This document shows, piece after piece, positions 27,806 to 36,712 of a DNA stretch of 63,009 nt; within the stretch, counting starts at the first letter, position 1, and each line of letters opens with the position of its first letter. Below the pieces are notes generated by a model. It saw only the letters and a program-made list of their open reading frames with translations. It searched no databases and was not told the origin of the DNA. The stretch is from Bacteroidales bacterium. Its GTDB lineage: Bacteria > Bacteroidota > Bacteroidia > Bacteroidales > ML635J-15. The stretch is taken from positions 1 through 63,009 of the forward strand of contig JBNGDT010000002.1 of the NCBI GenBank assembly GCA_049975305.1, in the 5' to 3' direction. Made by a program: the position numbers and the translations under genes.

Positions 27806-27850
27806 TTTTTTAATTTATCAATCATTCATTAGAATAGGACCATAAAAATC

Positions 27851-29326
27851 ATGGGAGTAGTTATCAGGCAAAGCATAAAAGGCTCGGTATATTCATACCT
27901 GGGTGCTGTCATTGGTTTTGTGAATGTTGGATTTTTGATGCCGCTGCTGCTGAAAACCAATCAGATTGGCTTGATCAACGTACTGGTTGCTATGGCTGTG
28001 ATAATTTCTCAATTTGGCACACTGGGATTTGTAAATGTAACCCTTCGGTTTTTTCCTTTTTTCAAAAGTAAGGACAAGCAACACAATGGGTTTTTAAAAT
28101 TATTGCTTTTGTGGGCTTTTGTAGGTTTGATGGTTAGCATTATCATCTTTTTTTTACTCAAAGATTGGTTGGTTGCCAGCAACATTGAAAAATCACCTTT
28201 ACTGGCAGGGAATATTTATTACCTCATTCCTTTTATCCTTGCATCCTTGTTTTACCTTCTGTTTGACGGGTTTTACATGGCCATATACAAAGCCAGCACT
28301 TCGGCCTTTTACAAAGATTTTGCCTTTCGTATATTTGTCCTTGCAAACCTTGCTTTGTACTATTTTAATCTGATTGATTTTGATGCTTTCCTGAACCTGT
28401 ATGTGCTAGCTTATGCCTCTCCTGCTATACTGATGTTCATTCATCTGGTCCTGACCGGTGAGTTCAGGCTTGGTGGAAAACCAAAACCTAAACCAGCTCT
28501 GTACAAAAAAATAATCAGTGTGGCATTTTTTGGTCTGATCTCAGGTTTTGCAAATGTAACCATGCTGAATATCGACAAGTACATGGTCAATCATTTTCTC
28601 GACCTGGATGCCACAGGTATTTACTCCATATCGTTTTTCTTTGGGGCTTTGATTCTGGTTCCAGGGAAAGCAATGCGTAGAATCTCAACTGCAATAATAG
28701 CCGATGCCTTTAAACAAGATGACAAAGCAAAGATAAAGCAGGTATATTACAAAACCACGATATCAATGTTGCTGATCGGGATGATCCTGTTTGTGTTTTT
28801 ATGGGCCAATATTGACAATATTTTCAGAATACTCCCGGAGCCATATAAATCCGGAAAATGGGTAATGTTTTTCATCGCCATTGCATTTATCCTGAACCTG
28901 GCATCGGGACTTAGCAACCAAATCATGCTGTACTCTGATTATTACCGGTTACATTCAATCATGATGATTTCTTCCATTGTTTTAATAGTTATTCTCAATG
29001 TTATTTTTATTCCCCTATTTGGTATTACCGGAGCAGCACTGGCTACAACTCTCACCTACCTCTTAACAGGTGCCTTTCGCTGGTTGTTTATTTGGTCACG
29101 ATTTGAATTGCAACCTTTTGGAATAAAGCATCTTATTGTTGTCGCCGGATCTGTATTGATACTAATGCTGTCGAAATTGATACCAGAACTATCGCTTATT
29201 CCTGACATCATTATCCGGTCTGGTTTTATTGCCCTTTGTTTCTTGTTATTCATAAAATACAGCAATGTTGACACCGATTTTAAAAAAATGGTTGACAGGA
29301 TAATAAATCCCTTTAGAAAAAACTAA
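27851..29326 (+). CDS. Polysaccharide/oligosaccharide flippase (Wzx-like, MOP superfamily)
   Basis: 491 aa with about 12-14 hydrophobic helices throughout. The overall pattern fits polysaccharide biosynthesis (Wzx) proteins, and the gene sits in a glycan-locus context. Confidence 0.65.
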   Translation: MGVVIRQSIKGSVYSYLGAVIGFVNVGFLMPLLLKTNQIGLINVLVAMAVIISQFGTLGFVNVTLRFFPFFKSKDKQHNGFLKLLLLWAFVGLMVSIIIFFLLKDWLVASNIEKSPLLAGNIYYLIPFILASLFYLLFDGFYMAIYKASTSAFYKDFAFRIFVLANLALYYFNLIDFDAFLNLYVLAYASPAILMFIHLVLTGEFRLGGKPKPKPALYKKIISVAFFGLISGFANVTMLNIDKYMVNHFLDLDATGIYSISFFFGALILVPGKAMRRISTAIIADAFKQDDKAKIKQVYYKTTISMLLIGMILFVFLWANIDNIFRILPEPYKSGKWVMFFIAIAFILNLASGLSNQIMLYSDYYRLHSIMMISSIVLIVILNVIFIPLFGITGAALATTLTYLLTGAFRWLFIWSRFELQPFGIKHLIVVAGSVLILMLSKLIPELSLIPDIIIRSGFIALCFLLFIKYSNVDTDFKKMVDRIINPFRKN

Positions 29327-29338
29327 GAACCCGGTTCA

Positions 29339-30277
29339 TTATTTTAGTCCCCCATATTTCCAGTGTGACAAATCCCTGTTGATTAGTTTTTCGAGTAAAG
29401 ATACATCATCACGGAATTCAACTACTAATTTTTCACGAAAAGCTGTATCCAATTCCTTTCGACTTGATTTTTCACTGTTTAGCCGCTTTACAGGTCCTAA
29501 TAAACTAAATCCTTCCGGGATTCCAATCTTCTTTTTTACCAGCAATATCCAGGCAAACTTATAACTGAGTTTGTGAATTATTTTGGCCAGTACTTTTGAT
29601 TTCGAACGAAAATTATAATTGATATTTGGAAATTCTTCTCTCCCATCATATTTGACATTTAAAAAATCAAGAACCTCTTTATATACTTTCAAGGTGTCAT
29701 TAACAAAATCTTCAAATAAAATAATTTTCACCTTGCTTTTATCTACCCACTGAAACAATCTTTTTAATTGTTCGCCTGTTTTGCAAATATCACGATACAT
29801 TACAAGTTTATAATCTGTACAATGTGGGGGTAAGTTTTTTCCTTCTTTTCTTTCATCCTGCAAGTTCCATGCGGTTTCAAAATCTTCAATATTTTCATTT
29901 ATCCCGGATCTCAAATGTGTTGCATGTAGAGAATGAGCTATGTCAACGGGATTTCTAAGCATGACAATAAATTTAGCCTTTGGCTGGAATTTTAAAATAT
30001 TTGGGACCGCCTCACTCGAATAGAGGTAATATACACTGCCTTCGCCAACAGCAGTTTTCCCTTTAGAGTTATAGAAACATTGATTCAGGTAAAATGTGTA
30101 GTCTTTAAATTCTCTGTGTTGTTCCGAAAAATCAGTACAAAAGAAATTGGGTTCTTTGGGATAACTAAAATGGACATCAGGATGCTCTCTTAAGTACTCA
30201 CTCAAGGCTGTTGTGCCGCACTTTGGAGCTCCTATGATAAAGAAATTGGGTTTTTGGACGTGTTTAGCTACTTTCAT
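29339..30277 (-). CDS. PAPS-dependent sulfotransferase family protein
   Basis: 5'-phosphosulfate-binding loop FIIGAPKCGTTAL and a 3'-phosphate-binding motif in VMLRNPVDIAHS. Confidence 0.75.
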   Translation of the reverse strand: MKVAKHVQKPNFFIIGAPKCGTTALSEYLREHPDVHFSYPKEPNFFCTDFSEQHREFKDYTFYLNQCFYNSKGKTAVGEGSVYYLYSSEAVPNILKFQPKAKFIVMLRNPVDIAHSLHATHLRSGINENIEDFETAWNLQDERKEGKNLPPHCTDYKLVMYRDICKTGEQLKRLFQWVDKSKVKIILFEDFVNDTLKVYKEVLDFLNVKYDGREEFPNINYNFRSKSKVLAKIIHKLSYKFAWILLVKKKIGIPEGFSLLGPVKRLNSEKSSRKELDTAFREKLVVEFRDDVSLLEKLINRDLSHWKYGGLK

Positions 30278-30440
30278 TCGATATCCTGAATTACAAAGAT
30301 ATTTTACATTTTGTGTTAAAAGTAATAAAGATTAAGGATACTTAAGAAATCCTTATCGGTTTTATTCACCTGCAATTAAGTTATAACTGTCTTCTTCATG
30401 CAATTATATTTTTTTTGAATGTGTCTTTTGTTTTTATGGT

Positions 30441-31790
30441 TTAAAAACATACAATTGTTTTGTTTTGTTTTTGTTTGTGAAAGTCTTCAATCAGTTTTGT
30501 TACTTGCATAGTGGTTTTGCGGCTGTGTTTCCAGCTTTCTTTTTTCCCTGTGCGAATCAGGTTCATGAATTCAGCCAGTTCATACCTTAACCCATCGCCA
30601 TAAAATTTATGAAAATATTTACTGTTGTCAGCAGGGTTTTCAAACCTTACTTCAAATTCTTGTGTTTTCCACCATGGTGCCGGTACATATATGTAACCTT
30701 TAACACCTGAAATTACCATCGAACCTTCTGATTTTACCCCGATCCCGGTTTTAGCAATTGCCATGGCATGCTTATATTCAAGATGAATGCGGGTGTACAG
30801 GTCAATTCCATTTTCTATATAGGAGAAATACTGTGTGTTTACAGGTTCTCCAAGCAGTTGAACAATGGCTGTAAGCGGATAGGTTGAAAGCTCATTGACA
30901 CTACCGCCGTATGCATTCGCTTGCATTTCCCTGCTTTTGGGGTCAGCAAGTTTTGTAAAGCATGCTTCAACATCTTTAATTTTACCGATAATACCTGATT
31001 TAGCAATTTCTACCAGACGGATAAAACCAGGAGCAAATGCTGTTTTAATCCCTTCTGTGATAACACAATTATGAGCATCTGCAAGCTCATACAATGACTC
31101 CAGCTCTTTAGATGTCAAGGCAATGGGTTTTTCACACAGCACATGCTTTGAATGCATTAGTGCCTGCTGAGCCAACTCATAATGATACTGATGTGGAGCA
31201 GCAATATATACGGCATCTACTAGCTCAAGCAATGCATCATATTTGCTTGTGTAAAAAAACAATTGATGTTTTTCAGCAAATGCTTTAGCTGTTTCTGTAT
31301 GTGCCGAGCAAACTCCTGTTATCTGACAACCACTTACAAATTTCGACTCCGGAATAAACCGGTTGGCAATACGGCCTGCACCAACAACACCTATATTAAT
31401 ATTTTTATGTTTTTCGTTTCTTAATTCTGTGCTAGAAATGTTTTTTGTTCTTTCAAGATATACCACTTCACAATATTCTTTCAGGTAATCAAATTTACCA
31501 AGCCAATCTGAGCCAATTACAAATATATCAACATTGTATTTCTGAACATCAGATACCTTTTGTCCCTCATAATTTTCAACAATAATAGTATCTGCCAAAC
31601 CGGTTTTTCGTACATTTTCTATCCGCTGTTCAAGGCTTTCTTCTACATTCAGTTTACCCCTGTCAATATCATATTGTTCAGCTGTTACACCAACAATCAA
31701 TTTATCTCCGAGTGCTTTTGCCCTTTTTAGTATATTAATATGACCCCGATGTATTAAATCAAAAGTCCCATATGTGATTACTGTTTTCAT
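30441..31790 (-). CDS. Bifunctional fusion: TagD-like cytidylyltransferase (about 31401-31790) + Gfo/Idh/MocA NAD(P)-dependent oxidoreductase (about 30441-31400)
   Basis: The N-terminus TYGTFDLIHRGHINILKRAKALG ...VIGSDW...ISSTELR is characteristic of glycerol-3-phosphate cytidylyltransferases. From about aa 131, INIGVVGAGRIANRF ... EKPIAL is the Gfo/Idh/MocA Rossmann and catalytic region. Confidence 0.75.
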   Translation of the reverse strand: MKTVITYGTFDLIHRGHINILKRAKALGDKLIVGVTAEQYDIDRGKLNVEESLEQRIENVRKTGLADTIIVENYEGQKVSDVQKYNVDIFVIGSDWLGKFDYLKEYCEVVYLERTKNISSTELRNEKHKNINIGVVGAGRIANRFIPESKFVSGCQITGVCSAHTETAKAFAEKHQLFFYTSKYDALLELVDAVYIAAPHQYHYELAQQALMHSKHVLCEKPIALTSKELESLYELADAHNCVITEGIKTAFAPGFIRLVEIAKSGIIGKIKDVEACFTKLADPKSREMQANAYGGSVNELSTYPLTAIVQLLGEPVNTQYFSYIENGIDLYTRIHLEYKHAMAIAKTGIGVKSEGSMVISGVKGYIYVPAPWWKTQEFEVRFENPADNSKYFHKFYGDGLRYELAEFMNLIRTGKKESWKHSRKTTMQVTKLIEDFHKQKQNKTIVCF

Positions 31791-31802
31791 AGTATGTCAC
31801 CT

Positions 31803-33002
31803 TTAACGGTTGAGTTGTTTATTTTTTATATATTTATAAATTCTTTCTGACGATTTACAGTCTTTGTGTTTATATGCCAAGTCGGATATCTTTTGACGCT
31901 CTTCCCTGTAATTCATCCCTTCCGTTAATAATTCTGTTTTCAACACCACATATAAATCATCCATATTATATACTTTCGGCCCAGGTGTCATATCAAAAAA
32001 ATCCGGCCTTAATCCAGCTTCATATTTATTGTATTGTTCATAATCAGGAATAAAAAATACTATTGGTTTATCTCTTAAAATATAATCCATATAAATTGAA
32101 GAATAATCGGTCAACATCATATCACTGATGCACATCAAGGGATAAATATCATTGTATTTACTGTAATAAAAAACCCGGTTGTATTCCTGCTGGCATGAAA
32201 TTCGTGTTAGCACATGGTGTTTTATAACAAATAAAAAGTTGTTTTTTTTTGCAAAACGGTTTATTCTGTCAAGGTTCAATAAATCCATACTCAGATTTTC
32301 CCTGTAAGTGGGAGTATATAAAATAATTTTTGCATCTAGCCGGCTTTTTAAATCTTTAAGCTTAGTATATATCTTTTTATCAGTATTAATCATGTCAAGC
32401 CCTTGCGGGGTTCTGAAAAAAATGTCATTTCTGGGTTGCCCCAATGGCAGTATATGTTTGTAGCGGAATGCATCACTGTAAAGATGTTTACTGTAATATT
32501 CAGATGTAGAAGTAATGAGATTGTATTTGACAAATTGTCCCCGCAGAATTCCATACCATATTTTTATGATTCTGAATTTAGATTTACAGAAAAAGTCCGT
32601 TGCCAGTTCAATTTTTTTTGAGCTAATCCCATGCCACAATTGTATTTTTTTTGCTTTGAAAGACAAATAAAACTTAAAATTGTAAAACCATGTGGCAGTA
32701 TCAACAATGATATATTCAGCATGCAACAAAAGCAAAACAGATTTCAGTGAAGGATAAGCAAGACTGCCAGGGATGTTTTTCATGTAACCAGGGTCAGTTT
32801 CATACAAAAAATAAGCATTTTTATAATTGTTATTGATAAGGTATGAGTAAAAATATTTTGTGTTGTCTGAAAACTGATTGGCATCTCTGCTAATCACAAT
32901 TATTAGGCCTCTTCTTTTTCGAAAAAGAAAACTAAACGGTATTATCAGCAGCCATCCGGGCAACATTGATATTATACTAAACAGCCGTTCCTTAAACTTC
33001 AT
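31803..33002 (-). CDS. CDP-glycerol glycerophosphotransferase family protein (TagB/TagF-like)
   Basis: Family motifs ILYTPTYRE and MLTDYSSIYMDY. N-terminal membrane-association helix. Confidence 0.7.
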   Translation of the reverse strand: MKFKERLFSIISMLPGWLLIIPFSFLFRKRRGLIIVISRDANQFSDNTKYFYSYLINNNYKNAYFLYETDPGYMKNIPGSLAYPSLKSVLLLLHAEYIIVDTATWFYNFKFYLSFKAKKIQLWHGISSKKIELATDFFCKSKFRIIKIWYGILRGQFVKYNLITSTSEYYSKHLYSDAFRYKHILPLGQPRNDIFFRTPQGLDMINTDKKIYTKLKDLKSRLDAKIILYTPTYRENLSMDLLNLDRINRFAKKNNFLFVIKHHVLTRISCQQEYNRVFYYSKYNDIYPLMCISDMMLTDYSSIYMDYILRDKPIVFFIPDYEQYNKYEAGLRPDFFDMTPGPKVYNMDDLYVVLKTELLTEGMNYREERQKISDLAYKHKDCKSSERIYKYIKNKQLNR

Positions 33003-33155
33003 TGAATAATGATTTGTATCGCTTTTATGTTTTTAAATAACAAAAGTAAAAACAAATATTGAGATAATCATAGTTAAGGCAGTGGCAAAAATTATAATTA
33101 AGGGAATGTTGTTTCCAATAGTTACTCTATGTTAGGAACATCAATCATAAATTAA

Positions 33156-34094
33156 TTAAGAGATAAAAAAGATAATATAGTAATATGCAAAATAAACCAA
33201 TAAAAATATCAGCCCTTCCCACCACATAATTTTTGCCTTTTTAGCAGGGATTACAAATAAAAACAACAAAACACACACGCCTACCATCCAAAACCAATCA
33301 AAATATAAAATCTCTTTACTGACTTGTATTTTTTCTACAATAGATGTAATTCCCAGGATGCCAAATAAATTAAAGATGTTGGAGCCGATCAGGTTCCCTA
33401 CAGAAATATCCAGTTCTTTTCTGATGGCAGCCATAATGGATGTGGCAAGTTCTGGCACGCTTGTCCCGAAAGCAATTACTGAAAGAGAAATGACACGTTC
33501 ACTTACCCCCCAGGCTTCTGCAATATAACTGGCACTTTTAACCAGTAAATTTGATCCTAGAATTAACCCGCCAATGGTTGCAAGCACAATTCCAAAGGAC
33601 AATGCTGTGGGGAAGGGAGGTGTTTCTTTGACTTTGTTTTTCATGTCAGCCCGTGATGATTTAATGGAAAAAATCACGTATGTTACTAATAATACAAGGA
33701 AAATTATCCCTTCACTTCGTTGTAAATAGCCATTGAGCGAAAAAAGAAAAAACAACAGCGTTGCAAACATCATAACTGCCCAATCCAGTTTTATTGTTTT
33801 TTTACTTACCTGGATAGTGATGATTAGAGCAGTAGCTCCCAATACCAATGCAATGTTGGAAATGTTAGAGCCGACAATGTTGCCAATACTCATGTCAGGG
33901 AAGCCGGATATAGCAGCATTTAAACTAACAACAAGTTCGGGGGCAGAAGTGCCAAGTGAAACAATCGTAACCCCGATAACCAAAGGAGAAACATGAAATC
34001 GCTTGGCCAGAGAAGAGCCGCCACGCACCAGCCAGTCGCCGCTAAAAGCCAGCAACAAAAAACCAAGTAATAACATTAAATACTGCAGTATCAT
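33156..34094 (-). CDS. Ca2+/Na+ antiporter (CaCA family, YrbG-like)
   Basis: Two alpha-repeat signatures, GNIVGSNISNI and GNLIGSNIFNL, in a 10-TM-like protein. Confidence 0.85.
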   Translation of the reverse strand: MILQYLMLLLGFLLLAFSGDWLVRGGSSLAKRFHVSPLVIGVTIVSLGTSAPELVVSLNAAISGFPDMSIGNIVGSNISNIALVLGATALIITIQVSKKTIKLDWAVMMFATLLFFLFSLNGYLQRSEGIIFLVLLVTYVIFSIKSSRADMKNKVKETPPFPTALSFGIVLATIGGLILGSNLLVKSASYIAEAWGVSERVISLSVIAFGTSVPELATSIMAAIRKELDISVGNLIGSNIFNLFGILGITSIVEKIQVSKEILYFDWFWMVGVCVLLFLFVIPAKKAKIMWWEGLIFLLVYFAYYYIIFFIS

Positions 34095-34236
34095 TAAAAG
34101 ACAAAATTAAGATTATTCCGCTATTCTTTTTGTGTTTTTACCCAAATTGCTATCTCGTGAAAAAATGGAACCGGAAAAAACGGGGCAAAACCAATCATCC
34201 CGATATGTGTTCAATCCCGTCTATCGACGGAGCAGC

Positions 34237-35292
34237 TCAGAGGTTACCATTGTATGTGTATGACTTAACACTGGTTACCGGAGTTTTAAACTGATCAAGA
34301 AATCGCTTATCATTTTCAAAATACAGCCTCAGGTCATTGATACCGTATTTAAGCATAGCGATACGTTCTATACCCAGGCCAAAAGCAAATCCGGAATAGG
34401 TTTCAGGGTCAATGCCGGAATCCCTTAATACATTGGGATCAACCATGCCACATCCAAGTATTTCCAACCATCCCGTATATTTGCAGACATTACAGCCTTT
34501 TCCCCCACAGAGCGAACAAGATACGTCCACTTCGGCAGAAGGTTCTGTAAACGGAAAATAAGAAGGACGCAAACGTATTTTGGTTTCTTTGCCAAAAAAT
34601 TCGTGGGCAAAATACAACAGTGTTTGTTTCAGATCAGCAAAAGAAACCCCTTTGTCAATATACAATCCCTCAATTTGGTGAAACTGGCAATGCGCCCGTG
34701 CAGAGATGGCTTCATTGCGATACACCCTGCCCGGGGTGATGCTGCGGATAGGTGGTTTCATCTCTTCCATTTCATGTGTTTGTGATGAGGATGTATGTGT
34801 CCGGAGCAAAACATCAGGATTTTTTTGAATGAAAAATGTATCCTGCATATCACGTGCCGGGTGTTCAGATGGAAAATTCAACAGACCGAAATTGTGTTTG
34901 TCATCTTCAATTTCGGGGCCCTCGGAAATAACGTAACCCAGTCGCTTAAAAATGTCAATCATTTCCCTTCGCACATGTGAAAGGGGGTGTCTTGTTCCAC
35001 ATTCAGTCTTATAGCCGGGGCGCGTTAAATCAAGGTTTGAATAATCCTGTTTTTTTGACGCGAAATTTTCCTGTAAATCTTTAAGTTTGTTTTCAGCCAG
35101 GGTTTTTAATGCATTGATTTGTTTCCCAAATTCTCTTTTGTCTTCTGGCGCAACATCACGGAAAGCTCTAAACAATGAGGGGATTTCACCTTTTTTTGAC
35201 AGCATTTTTAGGCGAAATGTTTCAAGCTCTTCCTCAGTATTTGCCTGAAAATTTTTGATTTCCTGTTTTAAATCTTCAATTTTTTCTAACAT
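34237..35292 (-). CDS. pheS: Phenylalanine--tRNA ligase alpha subunit
   Basis: Class II motifs FPFTEPSAEVDV and GFAFGLGIERIAML. The start is placed at MLEKIEDLK (35292). The ORF-track extension to 35388 would overlap the upstream cyclophilin gene. Confidence 0.9.
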   Translation of the reverse strand: MLEKIEDLKQEIKNFQANTEEELETFRLKMLSKKGEIPSLFRAFRDVAPEDKREFGKQINALKTLAENKLKDLQENFASKKQDYSNLDLTRPGYKTECGTRHPLSHVRREMIDIFKRLGYVISEGPEIEDDKHNFGLLNFPSEHPARDMQDTFFIQKNPDVLLRTHTSSSQTHEMEEMKPPIRSITPGRVYRNEAISARAHCQFHQIEGLYIDKGVSFADLKQTLLYFAHEFFGKETKIRLRPSYFPFTEPSAEVDVSCSLCGGKGCNVCKYTGWLEILGCGMVDPNVLRDSGIDPETYSGFAFGLGIERIAMLKYGINDLRLYFENDKRFLDQFKTPVTSVKSYTYNGNL

Positions 35293-35326
35293 AATGTAAT
35301 GTTTTTCAGTATCTGTTTCTCCGTGA

Positions 35327-36232
35327 TTAAAAGAACAGAAATCCTTTTTCCCTGCGTAAATTTTCTTTCTTGTACTCCTTCCATTCATCTTCGGTAAGAT
35401 ATTTTGTGTCTAAGATGTAAATATCCTGCATGGGGCGGTCACGTATGTCTGTTCTTACACTTGAAATCTCTTCAACCACATCCATGCCGGCAATGACTTC
35501 CCCAAACACGGTATAATCGCCATCCAGATGAGGGCTTCCCCCTTTTGTTTTATAAACTTCCCTTTGTTCGGCAGTAAGCCCAAAAAGCTCAACGCTGTCT
35601 TCTTTTATCATGGGTTTTACTTTTTCTTTCAAATCAAGGAAAATTTCATTGAATGCTTCTCTGTCGCTAGTCCTCCGCAGCGAATCCATTTTTTCCCGCA
35701 GAGCAAGCTTATTAGTTTCCTCCAGGTATTTCTTTATATATGCCTGGTAGATAGGTACATTTTTTCGCTTTACAAGCAAATCCATTTCGGAATCAGTCCA
35801 TTTTTTCCCGACAACAATATAAAACTGAGACCCGGATGAGCGTTTTTCAGGATTATCCTGATCGGACATGCGTGCTGCACCCAGTACTCCCCGTTTATGA
35901 TACAACCCGTCAATAATTTCTGCTTCAATTGTGTATCCGGGGCCTCCGTTACCAAGTCGTTTGGTGCGGGGAGCATCTTTTGATTCCGGATCCCCGGCCT
36001 GAATCATAAAATCCTCAATGACACGGTGAAATAACAAACTGTCATAAAATGTTGAATCGGCTAAACGTAAAAAATTATCACGGTGTTTTGGGGTTTCATT
36101 GTATAGTTTGACGACAATGTCTCCTTTGTTCGTGGTTATTAAAACTTTTTTTTCTACCTGTCCCGATGGCTTGAATATTGCACATGCTGATATCAGTACA
36201 ATAACAGTAAAGAATAAAAAAAAATTTCTCAT
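35327..36232 (-). CDS. Cyclophilin-type peptidyl-prolyl isomerase lipoprotein with a large internal insertion
   Basis: Lipobox ISAC. Cyclophilin motifs FHRVIEDFMIQAGDP, GSQFYIV and GDYTVFGEVIAGMDVV. About 85 extra residues lie between GSQFYIVVGK and HLDGDYTVFG. Confidence 0.8.
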   Translation of the reverse strand: MRNFFLFFTVIVLISACAIFKPSGQVEKKVLITTNKGDIVVKLYNETPKHRDNFLRLADSTFYDSLLFHRVIEDFMIQAGDPESKDAPRTKRLGNGGPGYTIEAEIIDGLYHKRGVLGAARMSDQDNPEKRSSGSQFYIVVGKKWTDSEMDLLVKRKNVPIYQAYIKKYLEETNKLALREKMDSLRRTSDREAFNEIFLDLKEKVKPMIKEDSVELFGLTAEQREVYKTKGGSPHLDGDYTVFGEVIAGMDVVEEISSVRTDIRDRPMQDIYILDTKYLTEDEWKEYKKENLRREKGFLFF

Positions 36233-36271
36233 ATTTTATTTTTCTTGCATTTTTAATTAAAAAATATTTTG

Positions 36272-36279
36272 TAAATTTG
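36272..36279 (+). promoter_or_regulatory. Candidate -7 promoter box (TAnnTTTG)
   Basis: TAAATTTG lies 32 nt upstream of ATG 36311. Confidence 0.35.
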
Positions 36280-36310
36280 TAAGTTACAAATGTAACTAAT
36301 TTAGTTTGTC

Positions 36311-36709
36311 ATGAAACAAAATTACATTAAGATTTTGCCGGTTCTGGGTTTAGTGTTAATAATGTGGGGTGTTTTCAGTTGTAAGGATCCTGAACCCCCA
36401 AAAGCCATTATACAGGTTATTAATGAAAATGGGGAACCTGTTGAAGAGGCTATGGTAGTTATCCGGGCGCCTGATTCAGACAGCACCCATACACGTGTTT
36501 ACCTGGCATCAGGAGTGAAAGAAATAGCAGATACTTCTTATACCGATAGCGACGGAAAGGTGCGTAAGAAATTTTTGTATGAATCAATCTACAGGGTTGA
36601 GGTTACTAAATATGATAATCCAACCTTGAGAGGCATTGGTGTTCTTATCCTTGAAACGGATAAAATATACGAAGAAACCATTACAATAACCCCGCAAACA
36701 ACCTTTTAA
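36311..36709 (+). CDS. Small lipoprotein of unknown function
   Basis: Signal peptide with lipobox VFSC. 132 aa, beta-rich. Directly precedes a T9SS cargo gene (4-nt gap). Confidence 0.55.
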   Translation: MKQNYIKILPVLGLVLIMWGVFSCKDPEPPKAIIQVINENGEPVEEAMVVIRAPDSDSTHTRVYLASGVKEIADTSYTDSDGKVRKKFLYESIYRVEVTKYDNPTLRGIGVLILETDKIYEETITITPQTTF

Positions 36710-36712
36710 ATT

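Noticed and set aside
35293-35388. N-terminal extension of pheS in the ORF track (MNGRSTRKK...)
   Set aside because: It would overlap the 3' end of the upstream cyclophilin gene by 62 nt, and the extension has no PheS-like sequence. The internal MLEKIEDLK start gives a normal-length PheS.
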